A stretch of 63,957 nt of DNA, filler included, from Caldilineae bacterium (GTDB lineage: Bacteria; Chloroflexota; Anaerolineae; DTLA01), in assembly GCA_037446815.1 (NCBI GenBank). It is 9 parts of 9 records of this genome, joined end to end, with 100 filler letters (N's around TTAATTAATTAA, not from the genome) between each part and the next. Parts side by side here need not be neighbours in the genome. Positions count along the whole stretch, not along the records: positions 22,754 to 30,082 come from JBBIHX010000143.1; positions 30,183 to 37,500 come from JBBIHX010000144.1; positions 37,601 to 44,831 come from JBBIHX010000146.1; 6 more parts are not named here. One strand, given 5' to 3'. The stretch's first letter is position 1. The number at the start of each line of letters is the position of its first letter. Below the pieces are notes generated by a model. That model saw only the letters and a program-made list of their open reading frames with translations, was not told the origin of the DNA and searched no databases. Position numbers and translations under genes: made by a program. Below, piece after piece: positions 28,655-37,667 of this stretch.

Positions 28655-29911
28655 ATGAGAATCGCAATCATTGGCACACTGGACACCAAGGGCAAGGAGG
28701 TTGGCCTGATTCGGGACACCATCGCCGCCCTGGGACATGGCACGCTCATCCTTGACCCGGGCACTCTCGGCCAGCCCGCCATCCCGGCCGACGTGCCCCG
28801 CGAGCAAATCGCGCAGGCTGCGGGCTGGGAATTGCCCGACCTTCTTGCAACGCGCGACAAGGTGCTCATCCAATCCACGATGACGAAGGGCCTCGTCAGC
28901 CTTGTATCCCGCCTCTACCAGGAGGGCGCATTCCAGGGGGTCATCGCCGTCGGCGGCGCGCAGGGAACGGCCATCGCGACCGCGGCCATGCGCGCGCTGC
29001 CCGTGGGCGTGCCGAAGATCATGGTGTCCACCGTCGCCTGCGGCAAGACCACATTCGGCCCCTACGTGGGAACCAAGGACATCGCCATGCTCCACTCGGT
29101 GGCCGACATCTCGGGGCTGAACCGCATCACGCGCCGACTGCTGGCCCAGGCCGCGCGGGCCGTTGTGGCAATGGCCGCCGAGCCGCCTGCTGCCGAAACG
29201 CCCGACCGAGAACTCGTCGCCATCACCCAGGCAGGCATTACAACCCCCGGCGTGATGGCGGTCAAGGAGCGGCTGGAGCGCCTCGGCTTTGAGGTCGTTG
29301 CCTTCCACTGCAATGGCATCGGCGGCCAGGCAATGGAAGAACTCATCGCCCAGGGCGTGATCCGCGGCCTCATAGACTTCTCGCCCCACGAGATCACCGA
29401 CCTCCTCTTCGGCGGCCTCATGCCCGCGGCGCCCGACCGCATGAAGGCCGCGGGGCTGGCGGGCATTCCCCAGGTGGTGGTGCCAGGCTGCACCGACATC
29501 CGCCTGCACGGCGTGGGCGACGAACTGCCACCCGACGTGCGCGGCCGCGCGTGCGTGCAACACTCCCCCACCCACACCCACGTGCGCACAACACCCGAGG
29601 AAATGGAGCACGTCGCCCGCTTCATCGCCGCTCGCCTGAACGAGGGCACCGGGCCGCGGGCCTCCGTCATCCCCCTGCGCGGATACAGCATGCTGAACAA
29701 GCAGGGGCACCCGCTGTACGACGAGGCCGCGAACACGGCCTACGTGCTCACCATGCGCCGCGAACTCAAGCCGGACGTGCGGCAGGTTGAGGTGGATGCC
29801 CACATCAACGACCCAGAGTTCGCCGATGTCGTCGTGGACACGTTCATGAGCCTGCGGAGCGAAGCGCAGGCAGCCGAGCGTCGCGTAGGCCGAGCAACAT
29901 CAGGAGCCTGA
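28655..29911 (+). CDS. Second Tm-1-like (UPF0261) protein
   Basis: GTLDTKGKE, GGAQGT, LPVGVPKIMVST, YVGTKDIAMLHSVAD, FHCNGIGGQAME, HINDPEFA. Confidence 0.9.
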   Translation: MRIAIIGTLDTKGKEVGLIRDTIAALGHGTLILDPGTLGQPAIPADVPREQIAQAAGWELPDLLATRDKVLIQSTMTKGLVSLVSRLYQEGAFQGVIAVGGAQGTAIATAAMRALPVGVPKIMVSTVACGKTTFGPYVGTKDIAMLHSVADISGLNRITRRLLAQAARAVVAMAAEPPAAETPDRELVAITQAGITTPGVMAVKERLERLGFEVVAFHCNGIGGQAMEELIAQGVIRGLIDFSPHEITDLLFGGLMPAAPDRMKAAGLAGIPQVVVPGCTDIRLHGVGDELPPDVRGRACVQHSPTHTHVRTTPEEMEHVARFIAARLNEGTGPRASVIPLRGYSMLNKQGHPLYDEAANTAYVLTMRRELKPDVRQVEVDAHINDPEFADVVVDTFMSLRSEAQAAERRVGRATSGA

Positions 29912-29916
29912 ATGCT

Positions 29917-30082
29917 ATGTCGGACAGGATGACCCCGCGAGAGCGCGTGATCGCAGCCGTGGAGCGGCGCTGTCCCGACCGCGTTCCCATTGACATCGGC
30001 GGCTCATCGGTAACCACCATCATCGGCGAGGCGTACGAGCGCCTGAAGCAAACCCTGGGCATGGCGGGCGAGACGCGGTACA
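29917..30082 (+). CDS. URO-D family protein, truncated by contig end
   Basis: MTPRERVIAA...PDRVPIDIGG N-terminal motif. Confidence 0.8.
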
Positions 30083-30182
30083 NNNNNNNNNNNNNNNNNN
30101 NNNNNNNNNNNNNNNNNNNNNNNNNNTTAATTAATTAANNNNNNNNNNNNNNNNNNNNNNNNNNNNNNNNNNNNNNNNNNNN
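30083..30182. other. Artificial contig linker
   Basis: N44-TTAATTAATTAA-N44. Confidence 0.98.
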
Positions 30183-30285
30183 CGCGAAGCGCCGAGGAAT
30201 CTCGCCCCTCACCCTAACCCTCTCCCGAAGGGCGAGGGAACTGGGGATGCGCACCCCTCAGCGCGGCGGCTTTAGCCCCGCGCCC
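30183..30285. repeat. Mosaic REP-like cluster
   Basis: GAGGAATCTC, CCCTCACCCTAACCCTCTCCC..GGGCGAGGG and GCGCGGCGGCTTTAGCCCCGCGC modules. Confidence 0.65.
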
Positions 30286-30315
30286 GTGGAGCTTGCTCTA
30301 CACCCCCGCGCCGCG

Positions 30316-31386
30316 CTATCGCGCCAGGCTGCCCACCGTCTCCGCGTCCAGTCGCTTCACCAGCGCCACCAGCAAATCCAGCAGGCGGTCGTAGTCGTCG
30401 CGATGGATGATACTCGTGTGGCTGTGAATGTGCCGCGCCGCCACCCCCAGCACGATGGTGGGAACCCCCGCGTTGTGCAGGTGGATCACCCCACCGTCGG
30501 TGCGTCCGCCCTCCATGCTGGAGAACTGCAACGGGATCCCCAGCGCCGCCGCCGTGTCTATCGCCAGGTCGCGCAGGCGCGTGTTGGGGATCATGCCCGC
30601 GTCAAACACCGACAGGCACGGCCCCTTGCCCAAGGCCACCGAGGGCTCGTCCTGTTTGATGCCGGGCACGTCGTAGGCGATGTCGCTCTCCAGGATGATG
30701 GCCACATCGGGATTCACCACGTGGGCGGTAGTCTTTGCGCCACGCAGGCCCACTTCCTCCTGCACGGTTCCCACGCCGTACACCGTATTCGGGTGTTCCT
30801 CGCCCGCCAGGCGCTGAATCGTCTGGATGAACAACGCGCACCCCACCCGATCGTCCCATGCCTTGCCGAGGTAGGTCTTGCCGCCGGCCAGGGGCGTGAA
30901 CGCGCTGACCGGCACGACGGGATCGCCCGGGCGCACCCCCGCCTGTTCGGCCTCCTCGCGAGATGTAGCGCCGACGTCAATGTACATCTCGCGCTTGTCC
31001 ACCACTTTGTTGCGCTCGTCGGGCGTGAGGATATGGGGCGGCTTGGCCCCTACTACGCCCGGCACGTCGCCTTTGGCCGTCTTCACCACGACCCGCTGGG
31101 CCAGCATGACCTGCTCCCACCACCCGCCCAGGGGCACAAACCGCAGGTGGCCCTCCTTGGTGATCTGCTTGACCATGAACCCGATTTCGTCCATGTGGGC
31201 CGCGAGCATGACCTTGGGCGCGGCGTGCGTCCCGTCCTTGCGGCACACGATGCTGCCGATGCGATCCTGCTCTATCGCGGTGATGCCCTCCAACTCGCCG
31301 CGAATCAGGGCGCGCACCTCGGCCTCAAACCCGGGCACGCCGCTCGCCTCGGTCAGCCGCTTCAACAATGCCTCCGTTCGGTCCAA
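30316..31386 (-). CDS. M42 family aminopeptidase
   Basis: AHMDEIGF, KAWDDRVG, TVQEEVGLRGA, GRTDGG, RHIHS; probable TTG start after GGAGGAG. Confidence 0.92.
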   Translation of the reverse strand: MDRTEALLKRLTEASGVPGFEAEVRALIRGELEGITAIEQDRIGSIVCRKDGTHAAPKVMLAAHMDEIGFMVKQITKEGHLRFVPLGGWWEQVMLAQRVVVKTAKGDVPGVVGAKPPHILTPDERNKVVDKREMYIDVGATSREEAEQAGVRPGDPVVPVSAFTPLAGGKTYLGKAWDDRVGCALFIQTIQRLAGEEHPNTVYGVGTVQEEVGLRGAKTTAHVVNPDVAIILESDIAYDVPGIKQDEPSVALGKGPCLSVFDAGMIPNTRLRDLAIDTAAALGIPLQFSSMEGGRTDGGVIHLHNAGVPTIVLGVAARHIHSHTSIIHRDDYDRLLDLLVALVKRLDAETVGSLAR

Positions 31387-31454
31387 TCCTCTCCTCCGTG
31401 AGTGATAATCGCTCAAGCCCGTCCTTGGGCGTGTATCCCAAGATGTGCCAGACG

Positions 31455-31841
31455 TCAGTCGGCCTGCTCCGCCCGCTCCAAGACGACCTCGTCGCCGTCG
31501 CGAACCCTGCGGAACACCGTCGCGTCGCCCCGAACGCGCCCGACAACCGTAACCGGACTGGCGGGCCGAATCTCCTCGCCGCGGCTGGCGGGCGTCAGGC
31601 CAAAGAAGATGCAGAACGCGCGACCCGGCGCCCAGTATCCGATGTCGCCCATATCCACCACGGCCCGGCCCTTCTCCGTGCCCATGCGCACCGGAATCTC
31701 AAAGTAGACCTCGTCGCCCCAGGTGCTGGCCTGGGCGCGGATGGGCAGCGCATCCCAGATGGCCTGGGCCGTCTTCGTATCGTTCAGGTCCGCCAGCGCC
31801 GACACCTCGCCCGCCGTTATGCGAATCGTCCTATGCGTCAT
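31455..31841 (-). CDS. Cyclophilin-like fold protein (TM1367/DUF369-like)
   Basis: TAQAIWDALP, TWGDEVYF, GDIGYWAPGRAFCIFFGLTP. Confidence 0.85.
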   Translation of the reverse strand: MTHRTIRITAGEVSALADLNDTKTAQAIWDALPIRAQASTWGDEVYFEIPVRMGTEKGRAVVDMGDIGYWAPGRAFCIFFGLTPASRGEEIRPASPVTVVGRVRGDATVFRRVRDGDEVVLERAEQAD

Positions 31842-32037
31842 CCTGCTCTCCCTGTGGCGCCGATGCTCGGCTGTCGTCCAGGCGATAGTCCGCGGACAGG
31901 TCCTGCGGCTCCGGCTTGGCGGCGTAGTGCACGATGACTCCAAGTTTGACCAACAGCACAATCAGGCCCGCCAACGCAACCAGGCCGATGACCGCCAAGG
32001 CGACCCAAATCACCGCGCCCGCGCAAAGCCATTCCAT
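31831..32037 (-). CDS. Small single-pass membrane protein
   Basis: Hydrophobic 68-aa ORF filling the gap between two operon genes. Confidence 0.55.
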   Translation of the reverse strand: MEWLCAGAVIWVALAVIGLVALAGLIVLLVKLGVIVHYAAKPEPQDLSADYRLDDSRASAPQGEQDDA

Positions 32038-32049
32038 GGCGCGCCCCGC

Positions 32050-32961
32050 CTAATCGCCGAACAGTTTGATGTTCACGCCGCCGCTGGAGCCGTGCCCGCC
32101 AACCTGGGGCATGAACTGGGCGATCTTGTTGGCCAACTTGGACATGGGCATCGTCTGGAGCCAGACCTTGCCCGGGCCCCGCAGCGTCGCCAAGAACAGG
32201 CCCTCGCCGCCCAGCAGGATGTTGCTCAGGCCCTTGACGAGCGTTACGTCAAAGTCCACCGTCGGCTCATAGGCGGCGATGTGGCCCGTGTCCACCTTCA
32301 GCACCTGGCCCGCCTTCAGGTCGTACTCCACCACCTCGCCGTCCACCTCCACGAAGACCAGGCCCGGGCCGGTGAGCCGCTGCATGATGAACCCCTCGCC
32401 GCCGAACAGGCCCGTCCCCAGCCGCTTGCGGAAGTGCATGTCCAGGTCCACGGACTTCTCGGCGCACATGAAGGCGTCCTTCTGGACAATCAGGCTTTCG
32501 CCCTCTTTCAGGTCAAAGGGCAGCACTTTGCCCGGGAACTCGGAGGCGAAGGATACGATGCCGCGCCCGTTGGTCACGAAGAAGTCGGTGATGAAGAGCG
32601 ACTCGCCCGCCACGGCTCGCTTGAGCATCTTGCCCAGGCCGCCGCCGGAATGCGTGCGCATCTCCACATTCCCGCTCATCCACGACATGCCGCCGGACTC
32701 GGAGTAGATGACCTCGCCCGGCTCCAGTTGGATGCTGACGACCTGCATGATGGTGCCGTCAATGCGGTAGGACACGCGCCCCTTGCCGCCGGCGAACTCC
32801 TTCTTGACGTGCTCAGACTCCATGTCCAGCACGGGCACAGGCGGCTCGGCGTCGGCAGCAAAGGTCGGCGTCGGAGCAGCCCCTGCCCCGGTGGGCGCTC
32901 CGCACGACGTGCAGAAGCGCGTGCCCTCCGGCAATTCCTGCCCACAGTTTGCACATTTCAT
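32050..32961 (-). CDS. TIGR00266/AIM24 family protein with N-terminal zinc ribbon
   Basis: CANCG...FCTSCG; ESGGMSWM, GESLF, FPGK, LFGGEGF, GPGKVWLQTMP. Confidence 0.88.
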   Translation of the reverse strand: MKCANCGQELPEGTRFCTSCGAPTGAGAAPTPTFAADAEPPVPVLDMESEHVKKEFAGGKGRVSYRIDGTIMQVVSIQLEPGEVIYSESGGMSWMSGNVEMRTHSGGGLGKMLKRAVAGESLFITDFFVTNGRGIVSFASEFPGKVLPFDLKEGESLIVQKDAFMCAEKSVDLDMHFRKRLGTGLFGGEGFIMQRLTGPGLVFVEVDGEVVEYDLKAGQVLKVDTGHIAAYEPTVDFDVTLVKGLSNILLGGEGLFLATLRGPGKVWLQTMPMSKLANKIAQFMPQVGGHGSSGGVNIKLFGD

Positions 32962-33023
32962 TTCGCACCCTCCAATCATGGAATGGGGACAGCCCCGGAG
33001 ACCGACTGCTCCACAGCACTGTC

Positions 33024-34247
33024 CTAGTTACCCTTGCCGAACAAGCGCAGAATCGTCGTGAAACAGCCCGGGCCCGGCTCGGGCGTGGGCGGCGGCTCCG
33101 GCGACGGCGGCGACGGCTCGCCCAGGTACGCCTGGTACACGTCGCCGCGGCCCGCCCCTTGCGCGTTGGCCTCGTAGCCGATGTTGCGGGCGGTCCGCAT
33201 CAGGAGTTCCTTGACCTCGCGGGGCGTCAGCGACGGGTTCGCCTGGAGGAGCAGGGCCACCGCGCCCACCGCATGGGGCGTTGCCATGCTGGTGCCCGAC
33301 GCGCTGGTGTAGTGCTCGTCCACCACCTGGCCCATGGCCGTGCCCGCCGCACGCGCCGCCACGATGCCCACGCCGGGGAACACGATGTCGGGCTTCACGC
33401 GCCCGTCGCTCGTGGGCCCGCGCGAAGAGAAGGAGGCCACCTGATCGTTGTCGTCCGACGCGCCGACGGTGATGACCTGGCGCGCGCACCCCGGCGACCC
33501 GACGGTGTACCGCCCAGGCCCCGAATTGCCCGCGGCCACGCACACCACCACGCCCCGCTCCACGGCGGCATCGCACGTAACGCTCAGCGCGTCGGTGCCA
33601 TCGCACGGCCCGCTGCTTCCCAGCGACAGCCCGATGACGTGCGCGCGCTGCTCCACCGCCCACTCCACGCCGGCCATCACGTCGCTCATCATGCCGCTCC
33701 CGTCCGCGGCGAGCACCTTGGCGATGTACAGGCTGGCTTCCGGCGCCATGCCGACGTAGAGCCCTCGGCTTGCCGCGCCATTTCCGGCAGCAATGCTGGC
33801 CACATGAGTCCCGTGGCCGTTGTCGTCTCGGTACGAATTGCCCACGAAGGTTGCCGTGGCGGCGATCCTGCCCGCCACGTCGGGGTGGTTGGGGTCAATG
33901 CCCGTGTCCAGGATGGCGATGCGCATCCCCTGCCCCCGGAAGCCCGCCTGCCACACGGCGGGCGCCTGGATGATGCGCGCCGACGTGTCCAGTAGCGCCT
34001 GCACCGGCATATCCAGCCATAGGTGCTCCACGCTAGCCTGCTCCGCCAGCCAGGATATTTGCGCCCGATTCAGGCGCATCGCCGCCGCCGGGATGAGGTT
34101 GTACTGATACGTGGGCGCGACGCCCTTGACCAGCGCCTTCGCGGCCAACTGCTCGCGGCGGTATTTCACGATGACGGGAAGCACCTCGGCCTCGGGCTTC
34201 TGGAGCATAGCAGCCGATAGGGCTTTGCTGATCTTCTCACCTTCCAT
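33024..34247 (-). CDS. S8 subtilisin-like serine protease (AprX-like)
   Basis: ILDTGID, GHGTHVA, AAGNSG, SGTSMATPH catalytic triad; N-terminal propeptide; no obvious signal peptide. Confidence 0.93.
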   Translation of the reverse strand: MEGEKISKALSAAMLQKPEAEVLPVIVKYRREQLAAKALVKGVAPTYQYNLIPAAAMRLNRAQISWLAEQASVEHLWLDMPVQALLDTSARIIQAPAVWQAGFRGQGMRIAILDTGIDPNHPDVAGRIAATATFVGNSYRDDNGHGTHVASIAAGNGAASRGLYVGMAPEASLYIAKVLAADGSGMMSDVMAGVEWAVEQRAHVIGLSLGSSGPCDGTDALSVTCDAAVERGVVVCVAAGNSGPGRYTVGSPGCARQVITVGASDDNDQVASFSSRGPTSDGRVKPDIVFPGVGIVAARAAGTAMGQVVDEHYTSASGTSMATPHAVGAVALLLQANPSLTPREVKELLMRTARNIGYEANAQGAGRGDVYQAYLGEPSPPSPEPPPTPEPGPGCFTTILRLFGKGN

Positions 34248-34277
34248 ACGTTCCTCGCCGCCAAGTGTCTGCATGCG

Positions 34278-34535
34278 TTAGGCAAGGGCGCGAACGGGCC
34301 GGTCTTCCTCCATCCGCACCAGCCACGGCTCGTCCAGGAGGCGCAGGGCCTCCTTGCCCTGGGCGCGCACCGCCACAGCGCCGATGAGCCGCAGCGCGTG
34401 CCGCACCTCAATCGGCGTGGCGCGGAGTTTCTCGGCCACGTCCTCCACATCGCCCGACACGCGCAGGATGAGGTGAAACTCGCCCGCGGGCGACTGTTCC
34501 AGTTGCCGAATCAACCGCTCGTCCGCCTTGGGCAT
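34278..34535 (-). CDS. Small protein resembling a stand-alone subtilase propeptide (I9-like)
   Basis: 85 aa; HLILRV...LRLIGAVAV...LLDEPWLVRMEEDRPVRAL parallels the S8 propeptide VIVKY...NLIPAAAM...LAEQASVEHLWLDMPVQAL. Confidence 0.65.
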   Translation of the reverse strand: MPKADERLIRQLEQSPAGEFHLILRVSGDVEDVAEKLRATPIEVRHALRLIGAVAVRAQGKEALRLLDEPWLVRMEEDRPVRALA

Positions 34536-34597
34536 CGCGACCCCCTCCCGCGAAAGATGATACCACAAGCCAGGCTTCGGGTCAACCTTGGGGGACA

Positions 34598-34900
34598 ACG
34601 TGCGACGTACCTGCGAGGCGCATCGCGCGTAACCCCATTCGCGATTACAGGAACTGTCATTCTGAGGCGCGGAGCGCCGAAGAATCTCCCCTCACCCCAG
34701 CCCTCTCCCCAAGGGCGAGGGCGTATCGCCTTCGGCTCAGCATGACAGGTGGGAGCAAACGTGCGACGCACCTCGGAGGTGCGTCGCACGTTCCACATTC
34801 GCGAGGATTCGCGTTCATTCGCGGTTCCCGCCTCCTGTCATTCTGAGCGGCGCAGCCGCGAAGAATCTCGCCCATCCGCCCAATCCGTGTTATCCGTGGA
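34598..34900. repeat. Mosaic REP-like cluster
   Basis: GTGCGACGCACCTCGGAGGTGCGTCGCAC palindrome (34761-34789), GTCATTCTGAG, CCCTCACCCC and ATCCGTG modules. Confidence 0.75.
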
Positions 34901-34916
34901 TACAACCCGTGCTTTC

Positions 34917-34945
34917 TTGACGCGCATGGGCACCTGTGGTATCAT
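34917..34945 (+). promoter_or_regulatory. Sigma70-type promoter
   Basis: TTGACG-17bp-TATCAT with extended TG. Confidence 0.55.
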
Positions 34946-34973
34946 GCGAGAAACTCACCCCCTGAGATGGAGA

Positions 34974-35705
34974 ATGCGCTGTCTAATCGTATCCGACATC
35001 CATGGCAACCTCGCAGCCTTTGACGCTGTCCTGCAAGCGGCGCAAGGGTACGACCAAGTGTGGTGCCTGGGAGACATCGTCGGATACGGCCCCGACCCCC
35101 GCGAGTGTATCCAGCGCCTGCGCTCGCTCCCCTTCGTCGCCGTGGCCGGCAATCACGACTGGGCCGTCGCCAACCGCCTGGACCTGGACGAATTCAACAT
35201 GGACGCCCAGGTCGCCGTCGCCTGGACCTATGAGCAACTCTCGCCTGCCGACCGCGAGTTCCTGGCCCAATTGCCCGAGCGCGCAACCATCGGCCAGTTC
35301 ACCCTGGTGCACGGAAGCCCTCGGCACCCCGTGTGGGAGTACATCCTCCAGCCATCGGTTGCCCGCGCGAACTTCGCCCACTTTGACACGCCCTACTGTC
35401 TGGTGGGCCACACCCACGTGCCCATGGTCTTCGCCCTCACGGAAGATGGCGCCCGCTGCCATACCTTCGCGCCTCGGCGGGACGCCGCCATCGCCTTGAC
35501 CGGCGCCCCGCGCATGATCATCAACCCGGGCAGCGTCGGGCAGCCCCGCGACGGCATCCCCCTGGCCGCCTACGCCATCCTGGACACCGACGCCATGACT
35601 CTGACATGCTGCCGGCAGGCGTATCCGATTGAAGAGACGCAGCGGCGAATGGACGCGCACAAACTGCCGCCCCGTCTCATTGCCCGCTTGACATTTGGCT
35701 GGTAG
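34974..35705 (+). CDS. Calcineurin-like metallophosphoesterase
   Basis: SDIHGN, LGDIVGYG, GNHD, VHGSP, GHTH, NPGSVGQPRDG. Confidence 0.92.
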   Translation: MRCLIVSDIHGNLAAFDAVLQAAQGYDQVWCLGDIVGYGPDPRECIQRLRSLPFVAVAGNHDWAVANRLDLDEFNMDAQVAVAWTYEQLSPADREFLAQLPERATIGQFTLVHGSPRHPVWEYILQPSVARANFAHFDTPYCLVGHTHVPMVFALTEDGARCHTFAPRRDAAIALTGAPRMIINPGSVGQPRDGIPLAAYAILDTDAMTLTCCRQAYPIEETQRRMDAHKLPPRLIARLTFGW

Positions 35706-35849
35706 CGGGAACCCGCACGCAGGCTCCAGCGTCCACACAGTAGCAAGGCCCAACGCAGAGGGAATCCCGGCCCCAAGCGCCTGAAACCGGCGCGCCTTCG
35801 CGCGAGCGGGGCTCCGACAGATGAGGGCCTGCATCAGAGGAGGAGAAGA

Positions 35850-36770
35850 ATGATGAAGACACGACTCACCTGGGTCATCGGACTTGTGCTGATTGCGGCG
35901 CTGTTGGGAGCCTGTGGGGCGCGCACTGCCCCTACGCAAGAGGGCGTCACCAAAGACTCCTACTATGGCGAAGTGCCACCGGTGGTTCCCACGATGGCAC
36001 CCGCTCCCGCCCCGGCTCAGCCCGAAGGCGGACGGGGGGCTGCCTCGCTCGTCTCGGACGTGGAGGCGCGCAAGGTCATCCAGACGGCCAGCCTGAAGAT
36101 CACCGTCAAGGACACGGCGGCGGTGCTGGACGCGGTGCAGAGCCTGGCGAAGGAACTGGGCGGCTACGTGGTAACCTCCAACGCATGGCGCGAGACGGAA
36201 CAACTGCGGGCACAAATTACGTTGCGCGTGCCCGCCGACCAACTCCAGACCGCGCTCCAGCGAATTCGCGCCCAGGCCATCAAGGTGGACTCCGAATCCA
36301 TCTCCGGCGAGGACGTTACGCAGGAGTACACCGACATTGAGTCTCGGCTGCGCAACCTGCGCGCCACGGAGAAGGAACTGCTGGAACTGCTGACCACCGC
36401 GCGCGAGAAGACAGGCAAGGCCGAGGACGTGCTGGCCATCTTCCGCGAGTTGACGCAGATTCGCGAGCAGATTGAGATGCTACAGGGCCGCCAGCAGTAC
36501 CTGGACACCATGACCGCCATGGCGACCATCAGCGTGGACATCTGGCCGGAGCCGCTGGAGAAGCCCATTGTGGAGCCCGGCTGGAAGCCGCTCAAGACCC
36601 TGCGCGACGCCTTCCGCGCCCTGACGCAGACGGGGCAAGTCCTGGTGGACGGCATCATCTGGCTCATCGTGTACGGCGTGCCGGTGCTGGTCGTGCTGGC
36701 CGCGCCCATCGTGCTTATCGTGTGGGCGGTGCGCCGATCCCGCCGCCGCAAGGCCGCGCCCTCGCAGTAG
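35850..36770 (+). CDS. DUF4349 lipoprotein with C-terminal TM
   Basis: LGAC lipobox; RKVIQTA, LRVP, GEDVT.EY.D, C-terminal TM plus basic tail. Confidence 0.85.
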   Translation: MMKTRLTWVIGLVLIAALLGACGARTAPTQEGVTKDSYYGEVPPVVPTMAPAPAPAQPEGGRGAASLVSDVEARKVIQTASLKITVKDTAAVLDAVQSLAKELGGYVVTSNAWRETEQLRAQITLRVPADQLQTALQRIRAQAIKVDSESISGEDVTQEYTDIESRLRNLRATEKELLELLTTAREKTGKAEDVLAIFRELTQIREQIEMLQGRQQYLDTMTAMATISVDIWPEPLEKPIVEPGWKPLKTLRDAFRALTQTGQVLVDGIIWLIVYGVPVLVVLAAPIVLIVWAVRRSRRRKAAPSQ

Positions 36771-36863
36771 CGGCGGCGCTTGCCTGACGCAGAGCGCGCT
36801 CTCACGACACACGCCTATACCGGCCCGTGGGAGCGCGCTCTTGTCTTCCCCGCAACACGGGCC

Positions 36864-37388
36864 TTAGCGGATGGGCCCAAGCCACATCCCGCCATCCACA
36901 AGCCGCGCGTCCACCGTCTGGGCGTCCACATCCACCAGAATGACCGGACCGAAGCGAATCATCGTCGGCCCAGGGCGGAGCGCCGTGAAACGCACCCGCA
37001 TGAGGGTCGCGCTGCCGTGAATCGGCGGGGCCGGACGCACCAGTGTCGCCGCGAAGCGGATGACGCCCGCCTGGGGGTCCACACGGTTCAGGCCGACGAA
37101 ACTCTCGCCGCCGAAGACATCCCCCACGCTAACCTGAATCCCCTCCGTGTTGGGGTCCGCGTCCTGCACCGCCAGCGCCGTCGGATCGTACCAGACCTCA
37201 ATCTCGCAGCCGTAGAGGCCCGCAACGGACGTGGCCCGCACCTGGATATCCGTCGCATGGCCCACCGGCAGGAAGGTGAAGCCGGGCCAGAACCCCAATG
37301 CCGGGCGCGGAGATTGGGACAGCGCAACCGACGGGAGCAGCAGGCACACGAGAACCCCACACGCCAACAGCGCAAGCAATCGACGCAT
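36864..37388 (-). CDS. Secreted cohesin-like domain protein
   Basis: Signal peptide; LYG.E..V.YDP..L.V.DADP...GIQV, GSATL..V.F.A..PG. Confidence 0.7.
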   Translation of the reverse strand: MRRLLALLACGVLVCLLLPSVALSQSPRPALGFWPGFTFLPVGHATDIQVRATSVAGLYGCEIEVWYDPTALAVQDADPNTEGIQVSVGDVFGGESFVGLNRVDPQAGVIRFAATLVRPAPPIHGSATLMRVRFTALRPGPTMIRFGPVILVDVDAQTVDARLVDGGMWLGPIR

Positions 37389-37500
37389 CGCACACCTCCG
37401 ATGCAATCCCGTGAACGGCCAACCCAGGAGTTCGTGGGTGCCACGGACATAGGAAGCGAACTCGCCCACATTATAGCACAAGTGGGCAGGCGGATAAAGG

Positions 37501-37600
37501 NNNNNNNNNNNNNNNNNNNNNNNNNNNNNNNNNNNNNNNNNNNNTTAATTAATTAANNNNNNNNNNNNNNNNNNNNNNNNNNNNNNNNNNNNNNNNNNNN
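37501..37600. other. Artificial contig linker
   Basis: N44-TTAATTAATTAA-N44. Confidence 0.98.
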
Positions 37601-37639
37601 GTCATATTGTGCCTCCCTTCTATGTGTGTCGGCGGTTCT

Positions 37640-37667
37640 GTAGGGGCGACGCATGCGTCGCCCCTAC
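37640..37667. repeat. GTAG-type REP, perfect 28-bp palindrome
   Basis: GTAGGGGCGACGCATGCGTCGCCCCTAC; supplies the RAYT stop codon. Confidence 0.9.
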
